DNA from: Gemmatimonas sp.
GTDB lineage: Bacteria; Gemmatimonadota; Gemmatimonadetes; Gemmatimonadales; Gemmatimonadaceae
Direction of reading: 5' to 3'
DNA length: 64,000 nucleotides
Assembly: GCA_965279375.1 (NCBI GenBank)
Contig: OZ257156.1
Span: 2,496,001 to 2,560,000, forward strand
Of this stretch, positions 59,568 through 64,000 are shown one piece after another (the stretch's first letter is position 1; each line of letters starts with the position of its first letter). The notes under the pieces were generated by a model. The model saw only the letters and a list, made by a program, of their open reading frames with translations. It did no database searches and was not told where the DNA came from. A program made the translations under genes and the position numbers.

Positions 59568-60338
59568 CTACGACTTGGCGGACGGCATGCCATCTCTCGC
59601 AACCAGCGCGCACTGCCTTCGCTGCGGGCATTGCGTGCAGTGCGCGACGCGGGCGGTGCACACCAGCGCGCCCAATTCGATCAACGCCTGATTGTGCGTC
59701 CAGCTGTCCTTGCCGCTGCGCGGCAGCGTCGCCTCAGCCAAGGCCCACGCCACCTGCTGGCCGAGCGCGCTCTTGGGCGCGAAGGAGGGGGCAAACATGC
59801 GTAGCAGCAGCCGGGCCACGTTGGTGTCCACCAACGGCGCACGGCGCTCGTAGGCGAAACTTGCCACGGCACCCGCCGTGTACGCACCGATCCCGGGCAG
59901 CGCACGCAGCTCGATCGGGTTGGACGGAATGACGGCGTTGGTCTCGCCATGCGGCACCACAGCGTGCGCCAGCTTGTGCAGATTGCGCGCTCGTGCGTAG
60001 TAGCCCAGCCCCTCCCACGCTTCCAGCACCTGACCCACCGGCGCCTCGGCCAGCGCGTGGACCGTCGGAAAGCGATCGAGGAAGCGTGCGTAATAGTCGA
60101 TCACGCGCGACACCTGCGTCTGCTGCAGCATCAGCTCCGAGACCAGCACCTCGTACGGATCTCGCGTCCGACGCCACGGCAGATCGCGCGCGTTGCGACG
60201 GAACCACGCGCGCAGTCGTCGACCAAAGGCGCGCAACTCGTCTTCACCGATCGCTGCCACCACGCGCGCCGCCCTCTCCGCATGCGTCGCGCGCTTCTTT
60301 GTGCTCTTCTTCGCCGCTGTCTTCTTCGCAGGACTCAG
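59568..60338 (-). CDS. mutY: A/G-specific adenine glycosylase, short form
   Basis: RDLPWR, VSELMLQQTQV, W.GLGYY.RARNL, LPGIG.YTA, VDTNV.R, C-x6-C-x2-C-x5-C; probable CTG start at 60338. Confidence 0.9.
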   Translation of the reverse strand: MSPAKKTAAKKSTKKRATHAERAARVVAAIGEDELRAFGRRLRAWFRRNARDLPWRRTRDPYEVLVSELMLQQTQVSRVIDYYARFLDRFPTVHALAEAPVGQVLEAWEGLGYYARARNLHKLAHAVVPHGETNAVIPSNPIELRALPGIGAYTAGAVASFAYERRAPLVDTNVARLLLRMFAPSFAPKSALGQQVAWALAEATLPRSGKDSWTHNQALIELGALVCTARVAHCTQCPQRRQCALVARDGMPSAKS

Positions 60339-61609
60339 CTGACGCTCCGGGTCTTCTTGCGCAGGAAGTCCATCAGCACGAACTGCCCGAGCGACATCGT
60401 GTTGGTGAAGTACGCCTTGCCGCGACTGATCTCGCTCATGCGCTTGACGAACTCCACCAGCGCCCGATCTCGCGCCAGCATGAACGTGTTGATCATGATG
60501 TTGCTCTTCCGGCACGCCGCTACTTCACGCAGCGTCTCCGCAATCACGTACCCGTCCAGCCCCATTGAATTCTTGTAGATCTGACCATCGGGCATGCTCA
60601 ACGCACTCGGCTTGCCGTCGGTGATCATGATGATCTGGCGCATGTCCTTCTTCTGCGACATGAGAATACGACGCGCCAGCTTGAGCCCTTCGGCCGTGTT
60701 GGTGTGATACGGACCAACCTGCGCCTTGGCGAGCGTCGCAATCGGAATCTCTTCCGCACTGTCATGAAACAGCACCACGCGAATCGTGTCGCCAGGAAAC
60801 TGCGTGCGAATGAGATGGCACAGTGCCAGCGCGACCTTCTTGGCGGGCGTGAAGCGATCCTCGCCGTAGAGAATCATCGAGTGCGACGTGTCGAGCATCA
60901 GCACCGTCGCACAGCTCGATCGATACTCGCTCTGCCGCACCATCAGGTCGCCGTAGTCGAGATCGATCGGCACATCGAGCGTGCCGTTGCGCGCCAGCGC
61001 ATTCGCCAGGGTGCCCGGCACGTCGAGATTGAGCGTATCGCCAAACTCGTACGGCTTGCTCCACGCATCAGACTCCACGCCCGTTGACAGCTGCGGCGTG
61101 TCGTGACTGCCGATGCTCGACTTGCCCAGAGAACCCAGCAAATGGCGCAGTGTCTTGAAGCCGAGGAAGTCGATGCCCTTGTCGGTGAGATTGAACTGCA
61201 CGTCGTTGGCCGCGGCCTGACCGATGGAGCCCTTGCCGGTCACGGGCTGATGGCCGGCCGGCACGGGGCCCGGCTGATCGACCGTGAGAAAGCCATCCTG
61301 TACCAGCCGCTGCACGAGATCGTCCAACAGTTTGGCGAGCTTCTCCTCGGAGAATTCATCTCCCTCGCCACGCAGCGCCTTGAGCATTTCCGGCGTGAGT
61401 TGGCCACTCTCGATCAGCGCCTTCAGAATCGCCTGCTTGAGGGCATCGAGGGAGCGGTCGCCCTCGTCGTCCGGTTCGCCCCAGTAGCCCTGTTCTCCGC
61501 CGGCGAATCCGGACTGGAGCAGATAGTCGGCGAGTTGGTCCAGCAACCCCTGCAGGTCGACGGCATCGGCCAGCTGCGGGTTGAACTTGGTGTACGTGTG
61601 GAATCGCAT
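60335..61609 (-). CDS. VWA-domain protein
   Basis: PYEFGD, D.SHSM (MIDAS), YHTNT, ITDGKP. Confidence 0.88.
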   Translation of the reverse strand: MRFHTYTKFNPQLADAVDLQGLLDQLADYLLQSGFAGGEQGYWGEPDDEGDRSLDALKQAILKALIESGQLTPEMLKALRGEGDEFSEEKLAKLLDDLVQRLVQDGFLTVDQPGPVPAGHQPVTGKGSIGQAAANDVQFNLTDKGIDFLGFKTLRHLLGSLGKSSIGSHDTPQLSTGVESDAWSKPYEFGDTLNLDVPGTLANALARNGTLDVPIDLDYGDLMVRQSEYRSSCATVLMLDTSHSMILYGEDRFTPAKKVALALCHLIRTQFPGDTIRVVLFHDSAEEIPIATLAKAQVGPYHTNTAEGLKLARRILMSQKKDMRQIIMITDGKPSALSMPDGQIYKNSMGLDGYVIAETLREVAACRKSNIMINTFMLARDRALVEFVKRMSEISRGKAYFTNTMSLGQFVLMDFLRKKTRSVS

Positions 61610-61725
61610 CGCCAACGCTCCGGGGCGCTCAGCGCCCGGCACAGGAAGTGTCCGTGGGACGCATCCGAACCGTCAGCGCTCAGCCGCTGCCAGTTCGTCG
61701 CGCAACCCATCATCATTGTGTACGC

Positions 61726-62973
61726 ATGACAGTCGGCGCGCGATCCCTCAATCCATTTCGGGTTCTCCGAACCCACCGGAACTTCCGGCTCTTCTGGATC
61801 GGCCAGACCCTGTCGCTCATCGGGTCCTGGATGCAGACGATGGCCCTTGGCTGGCTCTCCCTCGAGCTCTCCAACAGCGCCCTCGTCGTCGGAATGGTGG
61901 CGTCCGTCGGCGCGATCCCGATCGTGCTCTTCTCCATGCACGCGGGCGCCTTCGTCGATCGCAGCGACCGGCTCAACCTGGTCCGCATCACGCAGACGAT
62001 CTTCCTGCTCCAGGCGCTGGCCCTCTGGACGCTCACGGAGCTCGGGCTCATCACGATCCCGATCCTGCTGCTCCTGGCGGCAGTGCAGGGACTCTGTTCT
62101 GCCGTCGAGATCCCTGCCCGACAGAGCATGATCATCCAGCTCGTCGGGCGCGAAGACCTTCCACCCGCGATCGCTCTCAACTCGAGCGGCTTCAATCTGG
62201 CTCGCATCATCGGGCCGGCGATCGGTGGCGTGGTCATCCACCAGCTCGGCATCGGCTGGTGCTTCGCGCTCAATGCCATGAGCTTCATCGCGGTGCTGTG
62301 GGGGCTTTTCCTCATCACGCTCCCCGAGTCGGCCGTCCAGCGCGCGCCAATTCGCGTCGCGGAGGCGCTGCGGGAGAGCTCGCGCAACGCGGCCGAAGGG
62401 CTTCGGCATTTTCTCCAGCGCGGTCCGGTGCGCGACCTGCTCGTGCTGGTCACCGTCGGCGCGGTCCTCGACGGCCCCTTCATCGCCCTGATGCCGGTCA
62501 TGGCCCGCGACCGACTCGGACTCGGCGCCGATGGCTACGGCGGACTGCTCACGTCGGTCGGCATCGGCGGATTGCTCGGCGCGCTCACCATTGCCGGACC
62601 GGCATCGCATTGGCGCCGCGGGCGCACGCTCACCGTGGCCAGCCTCGTCTTTCCTGTGCTGTTGTTCGCCTTCGCCTGCGCCCGTACGCCACTCTTCGCC
62701 AATGTGGTGCTGATCGGTACGGGCTATTGGATGATCATTTTCAACTCACTCAGCAACGGCGTCCTGCAGCTGCTCGTGGCCGAACAGTTCCGCGGCCGCC
62801 TCATGGCGCTTTACTCGCTGCTGTTTGTCGGACTGTCGCAGGCCGTCGGCGCGCTGCTCATGGGCGGTCTCGCACGAGTGATCGGCGTCGAGTGGGCCAT
62901 CGGTGGCAGCGCGGCCGTGACGCTCCTCTTCTCGCTCTGGACGGCGAAAGTCTCGAAGCTCGCTGACCTCTAG
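61726..62973 (+). CDS. MFS transporter
   Basis: RNFRLFW.GQ..S..GSWMQ, P.RQS, ALNS..FN.AR..GP, RGR.M. Confidence 0.92.
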   Translation: MTVGARSLNPFRVLRTHRNFRLFWIGQTLSLIGSWMQTMALGWLSLELSNSALVVGMVASVGAIPIVLFSMHAGAFVDRSDRLNLVRITQTIFLLQALALWTLTELGLITIPILLLLAAVQGLCSAVEIPARQSMIIQLVGREDLPPAIALNSSGFNLARIIGPAIGGVVIHQLGIGWCFALNAMSFIAVLWGLFLITLPESAVQRAPIRVAEALRESSRNAAEGLRHFLQRGPVRDLLVLVTVGAVLDGPFIALMPVMARDRLGLGADGYGGLLTSVGIGGLLGALTIAGPASHWRRGRTLTVASLVFPVLLFAFACARTPLFANVVLIGTGYWMIIFNSLSNGVLQLLVAEQFRGRLMALYSLLFVGLSQAVGALLMGGLARVIGVEWAIGGSAAVTLLFSLWTAKVSKLADL

Positions 62974-64000
62974 CTTCGCGGCCGACTCGCCAGCGCTTCG
63001 GCAACGCGCACGCCGGCCTTGCCATCCCAACCCTCGGGAGCACGAACGGTCGCCGAGCGTACGGCGCGCGATACCAGCGCCGCCACCTCGCGTGGATCCT
63101 GTACGAGCTGGTTGGTGCCTTCTGTGATGGTGATCGGCCGTTCGGTGTTCGGGCGCAAGGTGAAGCAGGGTACTCCGAGTGCGGTCGTCTCTTCCTGCAG
63201 CCCGCCGGAATCGGTCACCACGGCGTGCGCGCTGCGGACCACGTCGAGCATCTCGTGATATCCGATGGGATCCATCAGCCGGATGCCGTCCAGCGCGATC
63301 CCGGTCTCGCGCAAACGCGCTTGCGTGCGCGGATGCGCCGGAAAAATCACCAGTCTGGACTCGGCCACCTCGCGCAGCGCGCGCGCGAGCGCCTCGAGTC
63401 GGGCAGGATCATCCACGTTCGACGGGCGATGCAGCGTGACAACGACATGCGAGCCGTCAGCGCCCATACGTTCAGCGAATCCAGTCTTCGATGCGAGCGG
63501 CAAGGAGGCGAAGAGCGTGTCGATCATGACGTTGCCCACAAAGACGATCTCCGATTCGGGCTCGCCCTCGGCGCGCAGCGTCACGTCGGCGTCGCGCGAT
63601 GGAGTGAGCAGCAGTGACGCGAGTCGATCCGTCACGAGACGATTGATCTCCTCAGGCATCGTGCGGTCGCCGCTGCGCAGCCCCGCTTCGACGTGCGCGA
63701 TACGCACGCCGAGTTTCGCTGCGACGATGGCGGTGGCCATCGTCGAGTTGACGTCGCCGTACAGCACCAGCCAATCGGGCATGTGCGCGATGATGACCGG
63801 CTCGAAGCGTTCGATGATGCGCGCCGTCTGCGCTGCGTGGGATCCAGAGCCCACTTCCAGATTCACGTCTGGCGCAGGAATACCGAGATCGCGAAAGAAC
63901 CCCGCCGACATTGCTTCATCGTAGTGCTGACCGGTATGCACGACGATCTGATCGAGGCCGATCGCGGCTGCAGCGCGGTGCACCGGAGCCAATTTCGGGA
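62970..64000 (-). CDS. wecB: UDP-GlcNAc 2-epimerase, second copy (5' end outside the window)
   Basis: HTGQHYD, YGDVNS, HVEAGLRS, PEEINR, GNVMID, TLHRPSNVD, TDSGGLQEE, RPNTERP. Confidence 0.93.
   Translation of the reverse strand, partial: PKLAPVHRAAAAIGLDQIVVHTGQHYDEAMSAGFFRDLGIPAPDVNLEVGSGSHAAQTARIIERFEPVIIAHMPDWLVLYGDVNSTMATAIVAAKLGVRIAHVEAGLRSGDRTMPEEINRLVTDRLASLLLTPSRDADVTLRAEGEPESEIVFVGNVMIDTLFASLPLASKTGFAERMGADGSHVVVTLHRPSNVDDPARLEALARALREVAESRLVIFPAHPRTQARLRETGIALDGIRLMDPIGYHEMLDVVRSAHAVVTDSGGLQEETTALGVPCFTLRPNTERPITITEGTNQLVQDPREVAALVSRAVRSATVRAPEGWDGKAGVRVAEALASRPRS

Overview
High-GC, gene-dense window, almost entirely one large cell-envelope glycan biosynthesis and decoration island (about 1-59.5 kb), followed by housekeeping genes (mutY, VWA protein, MFS transporter) and a second wecB at the right edge. 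Gene style suggests a Gemmatimonadota-like organism (inference only). The island is a mosaic of cassettes: (i) carbamoyltransferase and SGNH protein; (ii) a CDP-sugar cassette (rfbF, YfnG-type dehydratase, C-methyltransferase, reductase, PhyH-type dioxygenase, GT2, GT-C); (iii) a stand-alone PKS-like methyltransferase-ACP-FkbH-[MaoC/hot-dog-SDR]-GNAT cassette predicted to make a lactyl or O-methyl-lactyl acyl group; (iv) two membrane-anchored sulfatase-fold proteins with a Thr at the nucleophile position, one head-to-head with a cytoplasmic AlkP/NPP pair plus a 59-aa membrane peptide missing from the ORF track, the other head-to-head with a PAPS-synthesis operon (cysN-cysQ-DUF2061/cysC-cysD) that has no reductase and no recognisable sulfotransferase in the window; (v) an Arn-like formyltransferase/deacetylase/GT2/GT-C operon with asnB and wecB; (vi) flippase, GT2 and GT4 genes. 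Six putative GT-C-fold proteins are present. Three genes appear to start at CTG. No rRNA, tRNA, CRISPR or mobile element was recognised. All calls come from motif reading; no database search was run.
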